From Hydrolagus colliei (taxonomy: Eukaryota): a DNA stretch of 64,000 bases. Numbering within the stretch: position 1 is the stretch's first letter; every line of letters starts with the position of its first letter. Under the pieces are notes generated by a model that saw nothing but the letters and a program-made list of their open reading frames with translations, had not been told where the DNA came from and searched no databases. The position numbers and the translations under genes are program-made. Below, one piece after another: positions 38,776 to 50,050 of this stretch. Where the stretch lies: contig CM068755.1 of assembly GCA_035084275.1 (NCBI GenBank), forward strand, positions 11,222,001-11,286,000, given 5' to 3'.

Positions 38776-39364
38776 TTACATAAAAACGTAAGCGTTATTA
38801 TAAACATATGGCATGATACGACCATAGTATGAGTTATATGCTACAATATCAGTGAGGAACAAATCAGACAATGGGGGAGGGGAGTTGGGATGGGTTAAAA
38901 TAAATCGCCACAGTGCTCATTTGGGAACCCTTGTTTTTTTTTAAAAAAAGCTTGGACCAAGTCTTATGTGATGCATTAGTCTGTCATTTTACAATAAATC
39001 TAAACCTGAAACAAGTGAGGCTCAGTTTTGGCCCAGATCAAACACAGCAAATGCAGAACAGCTTGGGTTTCTGGCTTGCATTATGCTTCCCCTGAAATTC
39101 ACCTTTCTGGAGGGGGGAATTACTGTGCCACTGTGACCCTAGAGTTCATCCCGACATAGTTCTGTAGCTTTTCATTCCAAGCCTAAATCCAAACCTAAAA
39201 CACACACCATAAAAGTGTGCTATAAAGATAATGTAGATTGTTTTTCTTAAAAGTTATCTGAGCTGGATTACAACCGCTGAGTTGTTCTGCATCTTCCAGT
39301 TTGCTTTCCAATCCAAATAGTCATTGCAGCACAAAAGGCTTGTTTGCATTTTGATTAAAACATA

Positions 39365-39790
39365 AATAATAAAAATGATAATCCTTCCAATTTGATATAA
39401 CACCTTATCACGTTGAAATGTACTGAATGTATTTAGCACACAGCTGCTGACGCCAATTTTCCCCCAACAGCAATGCCCCACCAACTGAGGAGATGAACCA
39501 ATCAATTTTTCTAGAGGATTGTTGGCGAAGACACAAGAAGTCCTTTCTCTTTTTAAATAGTGCCATTGAATCTTTAATGTCCACCTGAACAAACACATAG
39601 AGGACCTCAATTTATTGTCTCATCTGACAGACAGTCTCCCCGCTCCCCCACCGCCGGCATTGCAATGCTGCCCCAGGAATGATCTGGAGTGTTAGCCTAG
39701 AGGCTATAAGCTTCAATTTCCCGATGAGGGACTTGAACTCACAACCATCTGACCCAGAAATGAGAGTGCTATCAGCAGAGTCAAGCTGAC
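39365..39790 (-). mobile_element. Older Deu-domain SINE
   Basis: aatagtgccattgaatctttaatgtccacctgaac...ggacctcaattt.ttgtctcatc and head gggacttgaactcacaaccatctgac...gagagtgcta are reverse complements of 23088-23330. Confidence 0.75.
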
Positions 39791-41329
39791 AATATAAATG
39801 CAACATATGCATTTAAAAAAAATGTATTGCACTGCAGGAGGTAAAACAAAAAGAGTTTGGATTTTGTATTTACACACCTCAATTGCCTGCGAGAGATCAA
39901 TATGAAATTTGCAACCTCATTGAATTAAATGGCCTTGGTATTTTCATTCTCACTGCAGTGTATAATAATCTTGTCCTGGGTTATCTCATTTGCGAGTCCA
40001 CACAGGGAAACTGTTTACACAAACCCCAGCATTAACAAAACAGAACAATTAGTGCCAAACGCTAATAACATTACTTCAAATCTAACCAGCAAAGCACCTG
40101 ACAAAATGCAAGCAGTTCAAAGAACCATTTGAAATCCCAGTTATCTAGTAATAGCCCTAAGGGAACAAGACAATAGCAAATGCCATCACTAGCAGATCTT
40201 ATACAATGCCATGCACTTAACTGCTCATCAAAATGCCTAGTTGCCACCTCATACAGTATATTGCATTATGCTATGCATCTAAGCCCTTTGGCAGTTCTTG
40301 ATTTTAGATCTGTATACGATTATGCTTAAACTGAGAACATACTCTTACATAAACTTCAGCTATTAAAAGCACATGCATCAGAGAGCGAAAAAAAATCAAG
40401 CAGGAATATATATTTAAAAAAAAATTTCATTACTGGAGAAAAAAGCTGAATTAGTTCAGTAGAATAATTTTACAGACACTGTATTCACACATTTTAACTG
40501 GCAATAGAGATTCATTTAAACATTTTAATTGGTGACAGAGAATCACTAATATAGCATTGCTTCATAGGTGCTCCTCTTTGAACAATAGTTAAAAATCTCT
40601 ATGGTGTCCAAAGGTTAGCTCAGATGAGCTTAATCATTGCATAGCCTAAACTAATCTCACATGGCTTCAGAGGTAGACGACACCATGTTCAAAGCCGAGA
40701 ACAATTTAAACCAGTTCCTGAGCTTGTTGTCTCTTCTGCCTTAGTTTTGGCACCAATTTGCATGATTTCCTATGAAATTGTCTGAGTGAGAATAATCCAA
40801 ACATGGTTGCTTTGCTGTACTGCTCCTGATTAGATGCACATGCTACATCAGAGGTAACACTGGGGAAAGAACGTGAGGAGCAAGATTTATGATCAGCGCA
40901 GTGGTGTAGATTGTGAAGCTGGATAAATATAAGGAACTGTGTTTGCATACATGAACACAGTTGGGCATAATATGCATATGAGAAATGTAGGGGTGCCGTT
41001 TCACAAGCTTCAATGCAATCATCAGTGTATAAAAACCATTATAAAACATATTTTTCACCCTGTAGTTCAGAATGGTGCGTGTGTCTGCATGACATTGACT
41101 ATTAACAATCTCTGCCATGAAAACATATTGGGGCCTACACTGCCCTTCGGGCAATAAGGCTTTTGCCTTTGCTCTGCATGCAATTTAAATACCATTGTAA
41201 TTTAAATACATGTAGTGCTGTGCCAAAGGGGTACGTTTGATTAGGTGTACAGACAATATCAGGTTTGCAGAGTATCAGCAGAATAGTTATTCAGGAATGG
41301 ATAATGCATTTCCTCTTCACATATAGGAG

Positions 41330-41800
41330 CCCCAAGCTCTGCGACCTCATCACTCTCTCGCCCGGATCCATTGGCTCCCCATCCCCCAAAGGATCAAATT
41401 CAAGATCTTTGACGTTACTTTCAAGGCCATTCATGGCTTTGCCCCCTCCTATCTCTCCGGCCAGCTGACTCCCTATCAACATGTCCACCCCCTCCATTCA
41501 GCAGGCTCCGGTCTGATCCATGTTCCCCGCCCTACCATCGATGGACGGGCTTTCAGCCTCTCTGCCCCCACACTCTGGAACTCCATCCCACAATCTCTTT
41601 GCCTCGCTTCATCCCTTGCTTCCTTCAAGGCCAGTCTCAAGACCCTCTTCTTCGATCCTGCCATCTGCTGCCCTCCCAACTCTCTCCCTCCCCCCTACCC
41701 TGCCCCTTCCCCTTGCTCAGGTCCTGACCACTGACTGTTCAGTGCCTTGAGATGTCTTCCCGAATGAAAGGAGCTCCAAAAGTGTAATTTTGTTGTTTTT
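41330..41800 (+). mobile_element. L2 LINE 3' fragment (ORF2 C-terminus + tail), frameshifted
   Basis: Encodes HWLPIPQRIKFKI...TFKAIHGFAP; ends gtgccttgagatgtcttcccgaatgaaagg...tgtaattttgttg. Confidence 0.85.
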
Positions 41801-42815
41801 ATAGATATCCTTTTGGTTTACAAGGCAACATTTGGGGTATAATTAACTCGCGATAGCAGACATAAATGAGGAAATATACGCTATAAATGGACACGTTCAC
41901 TAATCAAATATAAGTCGGGCGTGTGGGGGGTGGTTGGAGTCAATTGCAAACAAGAGTGGTGCACGTGATCGATATAATTCCAGAAAGTCTTCTGGCACCA
42001 TGGAACTGCTGGAAGCAATGTTACACCACTTCCTATAATAAAACTGGGCCATTAATAAGCCGCTGCTGTCTTCGAGTAAGCAGCCTTTAAATATTAAATT
42101 GACCTATTTGGCTCCGTCTACTTAATAGATTAAAATGTTTTTAGGCTCATTTTAGTCCACAGATAGCGAGAAATCCTTCGACCCCGCACCCCACAAAGTC
42201 ATTCACCTCCCACAATTCCTCCCCTCCCCCATAGAGCAAAACTAGCTTTTTTAAAAAAATCTATAAGCTAACCCATTTGACACTGCTTGAAATGAAGGTT
42301 TGTTTTGAAAGCATTTTTTTCATGCATAATCCCTCTTCAATAATGGAATTTCAGAAAGGACTCCTGTGGAGCCTGCCTTCATTGACATCTGACTGTCTGG
42401 CTGACAGCCTGCAGAGAGGGTGCAAAGCACGGCATCCCAGCAGCCAGTCCACTGCTGGGGAATCACCAATCACAGTGAGCCAATATTGAGTGACATTGTT
42501 CAGAGCAGAGCAAACACAATTGATTTTTTTTCCCCCGACAGAGAAGGAAACCTCCTCGTTGAAGCGGTTCAGCCGCAGAACAGCATAATTCCTTATTTAG
42601 AGACGGCTTAACGAGATTTGCGGCGAAGTATTTTACTCCAAACCCTGGGATACTCTCCGTCCGTGTATATAAATTAATGGACAGTTGACTTCACGCATTG
42701 ATATTCAAACGAGCAACTCTCTCGTCTCAAAGGCAAAACAGTTCGCGATGGAAATTTCTGAGTGACAGCATCAAACCCCGACTGTGCAGAGGCAGAGGAC
42801 CGTACGCTCTCATAC

Positions 42816-42866
42816 CTTATGACCAGCATATTTCCACCATGGGCAGTGTCTAATGCAACAAAAAGA
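42816..42866 (-). other. ENOX1: 51-nt exon; probable conserved 5'-UTR exon 2 of ENOX1/ENOX2
   Basis: Acceptor tttcaatttcatttttttcag|TCTTTTTGTTGCATTAGACACTGCCCATGGTGGAAATATGCTGGTCATAAG|gtatga donor, set in repeat-free, relatively CpG-retaining flanks. Gene identity is from recollection of ENOX mRNA leaders. ENOX1 is preferred because no CpG-island first exon is visible in the 21 kb upstream. Confidence 0.6.
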
Positions 42867-44130
42867 CTGAAAAAAATGAAATTGAAATAGCAACAGAATC
42901 CAAGTGTATTTTTTAACATGCTGCTCAAATTACAACGAGCTATCAGTGAAGTCTCTCATGCCTTAAAGGGCTTTCTTTTCCCTTCATTTCAAAAGGCATG
43001 AAAGAAAAATGAGTAAAATGCTTTTATGTCTGTGTCTGAGTTAGAAATTATCTCCAGACCCACAGCTGCACTTGTATCACCATTAAATCCATTAACAGTA
43101 TATTTATAGTGTCGCCCTATTATGCATTATGGTACTTATATGAACTGACAACCATTGAGAGAGGATGAAAGTCTGACCTACTGTTCCCCACACATTACAC
43201 CGCACTTCAGTTACTGGGGGGAAAAAAAATTGCACGCTGTAAATGCAACATCTATTCTACATTCTACAAAAAAAAAGATCACTCTCTTCTGCTCAAGGAA
43301 CAGAGGCGCAAATGGTTCAGGCCTAAATTGTAGCACTTTACAATAATAAGGAGAATGGATGTGAAACACGTTACTTTTAACAGACTGTGAGAGTATTCGT
43401 GACATCACTGATCCGAACCAGAATGCCTCCAGTGTGTGCATGTGAAAGCATGGGAACAGAGGCCAATACATTTTGTATGGCTATACGATCTAACAGCTTC
43501 CAGGTGCAGGCAAGCTCAGGAACCAGCCGAGGCCAGAGCTGCAGGCAACTTAATGCCTTTGTGATTTCTCCCCCACTCAAAGTCCGGCATTTCACTCCCT
43601 TTCACTTGGTTTAATTGCCAGGACTCTGTTCTGTTGTACTAAATCGAATGACCAAGCACTGCAGGGGGCAGAATTCTCTCCCGACCCCTCCCCCTATTGA
43701 CTCACTTTTTTATATTCATTTAATATTTATTGTGGGGCCAATTGACTCCCAACAGTACAGCACTTCAATTAACATGCCTTTAACTTTCAGTCACCTTGTG
43801 CTTTGCTGCTGTGAGCTTTTGATGTACATTTTTAAAGATACTTACCGATTTTCATGAAAAGTATTAAATTACATTCAAGCCAGTCTAGGCAAGGTTTCAG
43901 TCAATCTAACAACCTAAGGTTCAACCACAAGGCTAAGGTGCTCTCACCATTCATGTAGGGGCAGGTAATCAAATCAGTTTAAAAACTTCAAATGGGCAAA
44001 CTTTACATTAAAAAGGATAACATATGCTGCAAAGTAAATAAGATTTCTCATTTAAAATGTGTCTTGTAGAGTTTAAGGTAATCATTATGTTGCTATAATC
44101 ATGGATATGTGTCCTAAAGAGAAGTAATTC

Positions 44131-44320
44131 TAATAATAATAATCCTTTCACTTGATACAGCGCGTTACACATCGTATTGACGTATCAAAGCGCTTCACAG
44201 AATATATTGTTAAGTGAATTGACTGTATATATGTGGATGAAACACGGCAGCCAATTGCGCACAGCGGTGTCCCACAGACAGTCATGCATTGAAAATTATA
44301 ATTTTTTATTATTGTGGGTT
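44131..44320 (-). mobile_element. 5'-truncated young SINE
   Basis: Matches SINE body/tail (cggcagccaattgcgcacagcggtgtcccacagacagtcatg); a separate L2-type tail lies at 44385-44445. Confidence 0.85.
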
Positions 44321-45469
44321 TTTTTGAACGGACTATACTATGGCAAGTAAATCCATTCCCTTTTGCTTCAATAAGAATTAAACCAACAACAAAAAATACA
44401 AAATTACACTTGTGTAACACCTTTCACGTCAGGAGGATGTCTCAAAATGAACAACAAAGGAAAAAATAAAATCAGAAGCAAATAAAAGACATCTGAGCTG
44501 AGGAAGTATAAAGCTGGCCAAAATACATAATATACTCTCTAGTCTGGACAGAGTTATCTTGTATGTTTTACATGGTGCCCACTTCATTGTTTTGGGTTGA
44601 GTTCAGCTGTATTGAATTTGCTTCTGGTGGACTCAGCAGGGCAGCTAGATGCTTCATGCTGTTGCAATACTCACCGTGACCAAATAATGTCACCTCAATT
44701 ACGTCGGCCAATGTCGTTTGCTTCTGCACAACATTTAGCAGGAAAGCGTAGGAAAAGAATATTGCTTCCTAGAGACAATAAAAGGTAGTGCTTTATAGAC
44801 AGGAGACCATTAAATGAAGCCACAGAAACGGATTAACTGTCACTAATGGAACATTACTAGAAAATTGCTGAACCTACAGTATAAACCCTCTTGAAAACCA
44901 TATAGAGTACCAGAAGATATTGTCTGTCCAATATGAATCGCACTATCATTTTCAAGTGTACGGATATAGCCTGTGAAAATCGTAGGTCTTTCAGTAGAAA
45001 TACTTCTTCACTGTTTACTCGAGTCTTGCTCTGATTTACTTTGGGGGCATCAAAAAGGTCAGTTATCAAGAATGTTCAGATTTGCTCAGTGAAAACATGG
45101 CATTCATAAAAAGGTACCTTTATTGAAACTTGGCGTAGCTTAAAGGCACCTTTGTAAGCTCAATTTTTTTAATATTCACTTGCACTGTTGTTTACTAATG
45201 AACAGTTTTATAGAGGCTTAAACTCACAGACTTGAAGAATCCCGAGTCCTTCCAAACTCCAAAACAGTTTTTTTTTCTAAATGGTGCCGTAAAAATATTA
45301 TTTTTTAAAAATGTGGCATCAAACAGAAATGTTTATAGAAAACTCTGCATATCAAACTTTTTGATGCGCCTGGTTGTTCAGGTTTGATTTTTGACAATTG
45401 TTGTCTGCATAGAACAACAAAACAATAGAGTAATTTTGCGAAGAGAGAGAATGAATAGGAGCAGGGAAT

Positions 45470-45680
45470 CAGACCCAAGATTACCCCAGCCCTTGCCAAA
45501 CTTCACTGGCTCCCTGTTACAGAGCAGATCGACTTCAAGATTCTCACTCTTTGTTTAAATCCCTCCACTCCTCGACATCCGCCTGCTTCTCTAACCTCAT
45601 CTCTCCTCACAACAGTACCTGCTGCCTCTGCTCCACAGGGTCTAGCCTCCTCTTTGTCCCCCAAACTCAACCATTTTCCT
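45470..45680 (+). mobile_element. L2 LINE ORF2 C-terminal fragment
   Basis: Translates ITPALAKLHWLPVTEQIDFKILTL. Confidence 0.8.
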
Positions 45681-47854
45681 GACTTACAATTTCCGGGGTA
45701 TGATTTTTCAAAGATTCTGTGCAGTCCTTTGACTATTTTACCTGGGAAACATGAAATGTGACCCAATGACAGCAATAACAAAAAATTACATTTGTATGGT
45801 CGTCTTTCACATCAGGAGGAACATCCCGAGGTACAGGACAACAACATTGCTGAAAATTAAAGGTGGCAGGGAGTGTTCTAAACAACTCTTTCCCAAACAC
45901 ACTGTACACCTGCTGGCCAGATTTCCACTGAACCATATAAAAGCAGTCTAATTATTGATTGGTTTGGGGGTGTGAATGTCTCCTTCTCCAACCTGAGATC
46001 AAACAGGCTGGAGGACCTTCTTCATTCATCTCTCTTGTGATCATGTAGTTTCTGGTAAAGGCATGAAATATTATGCTTGGATCAGAATTGGTTCTGTGTG
46101 TATGTGTACACACTCGACTACTGGATCTCGTGAACAGGGATTTCTAAAAGCTACAACTTTAAATAAAAGCCAATTGTTTGATCCACAAACTACAACCCAT
46201 TTAGTCATTTGTTCTAATAATCTCTTCTAAAGAGCAGGCCCCATCTCCCACCCTCCAACCATATAATTTAGCACAAATGTTATTAAACTTCAGAAACATT
46301 CTGTGGTCATTGGAATTATATTTAGTGGTCTGAAATGAAAAAGCAGATAGCTAGAAAGCATTTGTTAGTAGATTGGGATTTTGCATTGGTGGTTTTACTT
46401 AGATCAGGATGTTTCTATCATTTCAGTGGAAGGGGAACAGCTCAGTGCATTGGAACCTATATTTGAAGCAGAATCGTAATTAGATCAAACATGCATTTGT
46501 GTGGAGTCAATTGTAGAAGAGAAGAGAAATTTGGGTATTTGAGGTTTCACCTTCGGTGCCCTACATTTTGGATATTCATGAGAATAGATTAAATCCATTA
46601 ATGGAAGCTATATAAAAAATACTTTCAAATTAGGGAGAATTCTGCACAACTCGTTCCCATCCATACCATCTAATGGCGGGAAGGGAAAATCCTATTTCTG
46701 CATTCCAGAATTTGTAATGCATCCATTACAGAATTTGGAAAAAAAGTCAGGAAAATTAAATTATAGGTTTAAAAAAACTGGCATGGATGCTAATGACAAA
46801 GCATTCTTGATAGACCAAATGACCTACTCCTATTCTTGTGTGTCCCTGGGTGAATAATCTTTAGTCAATGTTTGATTACCTTTGGAGATCAAGGAGCATT
46901 TTTCATATATAAAGGGATAAAGGAATGACAAAGGTATATACTATTGAGAAATTGGTGAGCCAAGCTACATTTTCCTATTCCATGTTCTGTCAGGTTATTA
47001 TATTTGGAAATGTTATGTTACTGTAGCACAACTATACATAATTGGTCTTTAGACACTGCTGCAAAATGCTACAGTTTAATACTTAGTGTTCCACTCTGAA
47101 TGATTTATTGTGCCTACCACCAAATCAGAATTCATTGGCGCATCTCCCATTAGACCAACTGAATCGTGACCAATAAAGATCAACAGAAACTGCAGTCTAA
47201 ATAAAACTCCAGTTTCTTACCATTCTTAAGAAATAAACCTTGGTTGAACAATGGCAAATTGGCAAATTACATTAACCTGAGAATTTCTTATCTGAAACTC
47301 CCAGAAGAATCCTCGGCACATTTGCCCATTTTCGCATCGAAAAATCTAATTGAAACTCCCAGGCATTCAATTGACTTTCATATAATTACATAACAGCAGC
47401 TCCCAGAGAAAAAGACTTGTCACAAATGTAATTTAATAAATCTGTGAACAGCCCCGGTCACTATTGTAATTAACCTGACAGCGTTTTTCCTTTTGTTTTT
47501 CTCCTCCAAATCATTTTCAAGTCAAATCTTGAGTCATCTTTAAAAATGAATACTGAGATAATATTTAAAGAAATAAAATGGATCTGTGGAAATTCCATTA
47601 GACAATCAATTGTACAGTTAAATTGCTATTGAGATTTCAAGAGGGTGTCAATCTGGTTTCACCCGCCCAGCATTTCTAATTAACCCTCCCTTTCTAAGAC
47701 AGCTTGCTTGCGGTCAATCCAATAAAATCACTGGAGAAAATGAGAGGTTCATCTGGTTAAGTGGTTCAGTCAGATGTGGTTGCTGGTAACTAGCATCTTA
47801 ACAAGGAGGAGTCAAAAGACTCTTGAGATTTAACTCTACAAGTGTAAATTCACA

Positions 47855-48000
47855 ATAAATAATGATTCCTGCATTTGATAAAGCGTCTTTCACGTCAGGA
47901 GGATGACACAAAACACTTAGCAGGATTTACTGTAAAGTTTAGCAGTTGTATATTTTGTAGGTGAGTGCAACAGGCAATTAGTGCATTTCAATGACCTACA
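47855..48000 (-). mobile_element. Diverged SINE 3' half ending in a perfect palindrome
   Basis: ttcctgcatttgataaagcgtctttcacgtcaggaggatg...caggcaattagtgca; truncated at the 47995-48027 inverted repeat. Confidence 0.65.
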
Positions 48001-48186
48001 AGAACCTAGGTTCTAGGTTCTTGTAGGAAGAAGGGAAGGAGGGAATCAAAAGGAAAATGTAATTCTTACGCTAGTTATTTCTAATTCAAGAGGATATGTA
48101 AGAGTCAAAGAAAAATATAAAATTCCCTTTTCAATAGTGGATGAGAAATTATTTCAGAAAAAACTAGTTTAGAAGCAGGAGTACTT

Positions 48187-48399
48187 TAATAATAATAATA
48201 CGTGCTTTTGATATAGTACTTTTCAAGTCTAGACGTCTCAAAGTGCTTCACAGAATGTACCATAAATTGAATTGACTTTATTTGTGGGTGAAACACGGCA
48301 GCCAATTGCACACAGCAGTGTCCCACAAACAGTCATAGATAGAAATTACCAATTTATTATTAGGCGTGTGGCGTAAGGAAACTTACCCAAGGTTTCACC
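48187..48399 (-). mobile_element. Young SINE lacking the tRNA head
   Basis: Tail/body match, extending to taaggaaacttacccaaggtttcacc (cf. 16143-16168). Confidence 0.85.
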
Positions 48400-49759
48400 T
48401 TGCCTGGCATTAAAGGAACAAATCTGGTATTTTAAACTAGCTCATTCTGCATAGTTTAATCATCATTCAACCCAAACATTCCATTTCATTTGGTGAATTA
48501 GAAATCAGTCCCTGAAATGTAACATTTAATTACCCAACGCACTTCTTGTTTATAGTTGCATTAGATAACTTTATACTGTGACTGCTCACAGAAAATCGGT
48601 TAGCACAGTGTAGGGAAATGAAGCAGATTCTGTGCATATTTCAAATGTTTTCAATAAGATAAATAAGCAAAGATTGAAGTTGTATTTGTTTATTTTACAC
48701 AGTACAAGGGACCAACAATACATTCATTGTACACTCCACAAAATCCATACAACACTTTCCTTTCATAATATATACTTAATATTGAGCTGCTTTTAAAATT
48801 AATACCGTGAGGGCTAATTCCAAAATAGTGACAGTTTCTGGACAGAGACCCGACATAAAAAGCAAGGTTTTTTTAATCATTACGTGGAAATAAAACATGA
48901 CCAAACAACTTACCTTTTACACAAAGATAGCTGCTATGGACCACAAATCTTCAAAAGCAGCTCTTAAACTCTCATTTGAAACTGTTCACTAATCCATCAG
49001 CGAGTCACACTCCCACAATTACTGGATTCAGTTTGGCTGATTAGGGAAATTTAAGGAGTGTTGATTTGACCTGTTTCTTTTGGAATCTGGCTGCCAAATA
49101 ACTACCTTCAGCAGTGAACTTCTGATGGACCAGATCATTCAGCATTCCAATGTCAATGTCTGATCAATCCATGATCAGATGAAGATAGGTGTCCGCATAT
49201 GACAAACTGAGTCGGGTTATTTTTTTTCTTCCAGTACACACCCCTCACCCCCACCTACCCCAAGTAAAATCCTTCTCTGTGAAAAGGCGCACCAGGTAAG
49301 GGCAGAAGAAAACTGACAACATTCATTTACTTTCATCTGCTGTGGCTGACAGATTCCAGTGGCAGGAAACAGTGGGATTGAAAACCCACATCCATCTGGT
49401 TGGGATGTTGTTCCTTCAATGAATGAACTACCAGCTGTTCTGACAGTACCTCTGACACTGATGGAAACAAAGCAAAAGTTTTATTGAAACGAATGTTAAC
49501 CTCAGTTATTAAAGAAGCAAGTTGTCCTAACAAAACGTCTGCAGTGTTTACTTATGAATGTGATTAACTGGAATTGTGTAAAGGAATAGGAACTGGAAAA
49601 CATGATACGAGAACTAAAGACTATGCAGCTTCTAGACATAAACCAGGTTCAGCTCTGTGTTTGGAGGCCCTGTGTGACCTTGACATAGATGCGGAGCAAG
49701 TCAGTGTTAATTTAGTTCAAAACCACTAATTTTGACTGTTTTTGTTTAGCACTCCACTC

Positions 49760-50050
49760 CTCTCCATTTTCACATTTTTCCTCCCCTCCTCTCCCAAAGC
49801 TGGTGATTCATATTGTAATATAGTTCCACAACTAATTGCAACATCTCCAAGAATGGCCCCAAGGGTCATTTTTCATGTGCAAGTCCAGACATCAACAAGT
49901 TATTTGATCATAGTATGGCCAATCCTGATTTAATCCAACATTCATACTCACGCACCATCCAGTAATAGCCTTACAGCATGTAAAGAACCTTCAGGAGTAG
50001 GTTAGCTGATTTTCCTCTCTGTTCCCCTGAGTTCAAATGTTGCAGCCTGC
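49760..50050 (-). mobile_element. Old SINE-like family C fragment
   Basis: ttcatgtgcaagtccagaca and caggagtagg...gctgattttcc are diverged reverse complements of segments of 36270-36440. Confidence 0.45.

Noticed and set aside
46703-46740. 17-bp imperfect inverted repeat
   Set aside because: AT-rich with several mismatches and too short for a miRNA precursor.
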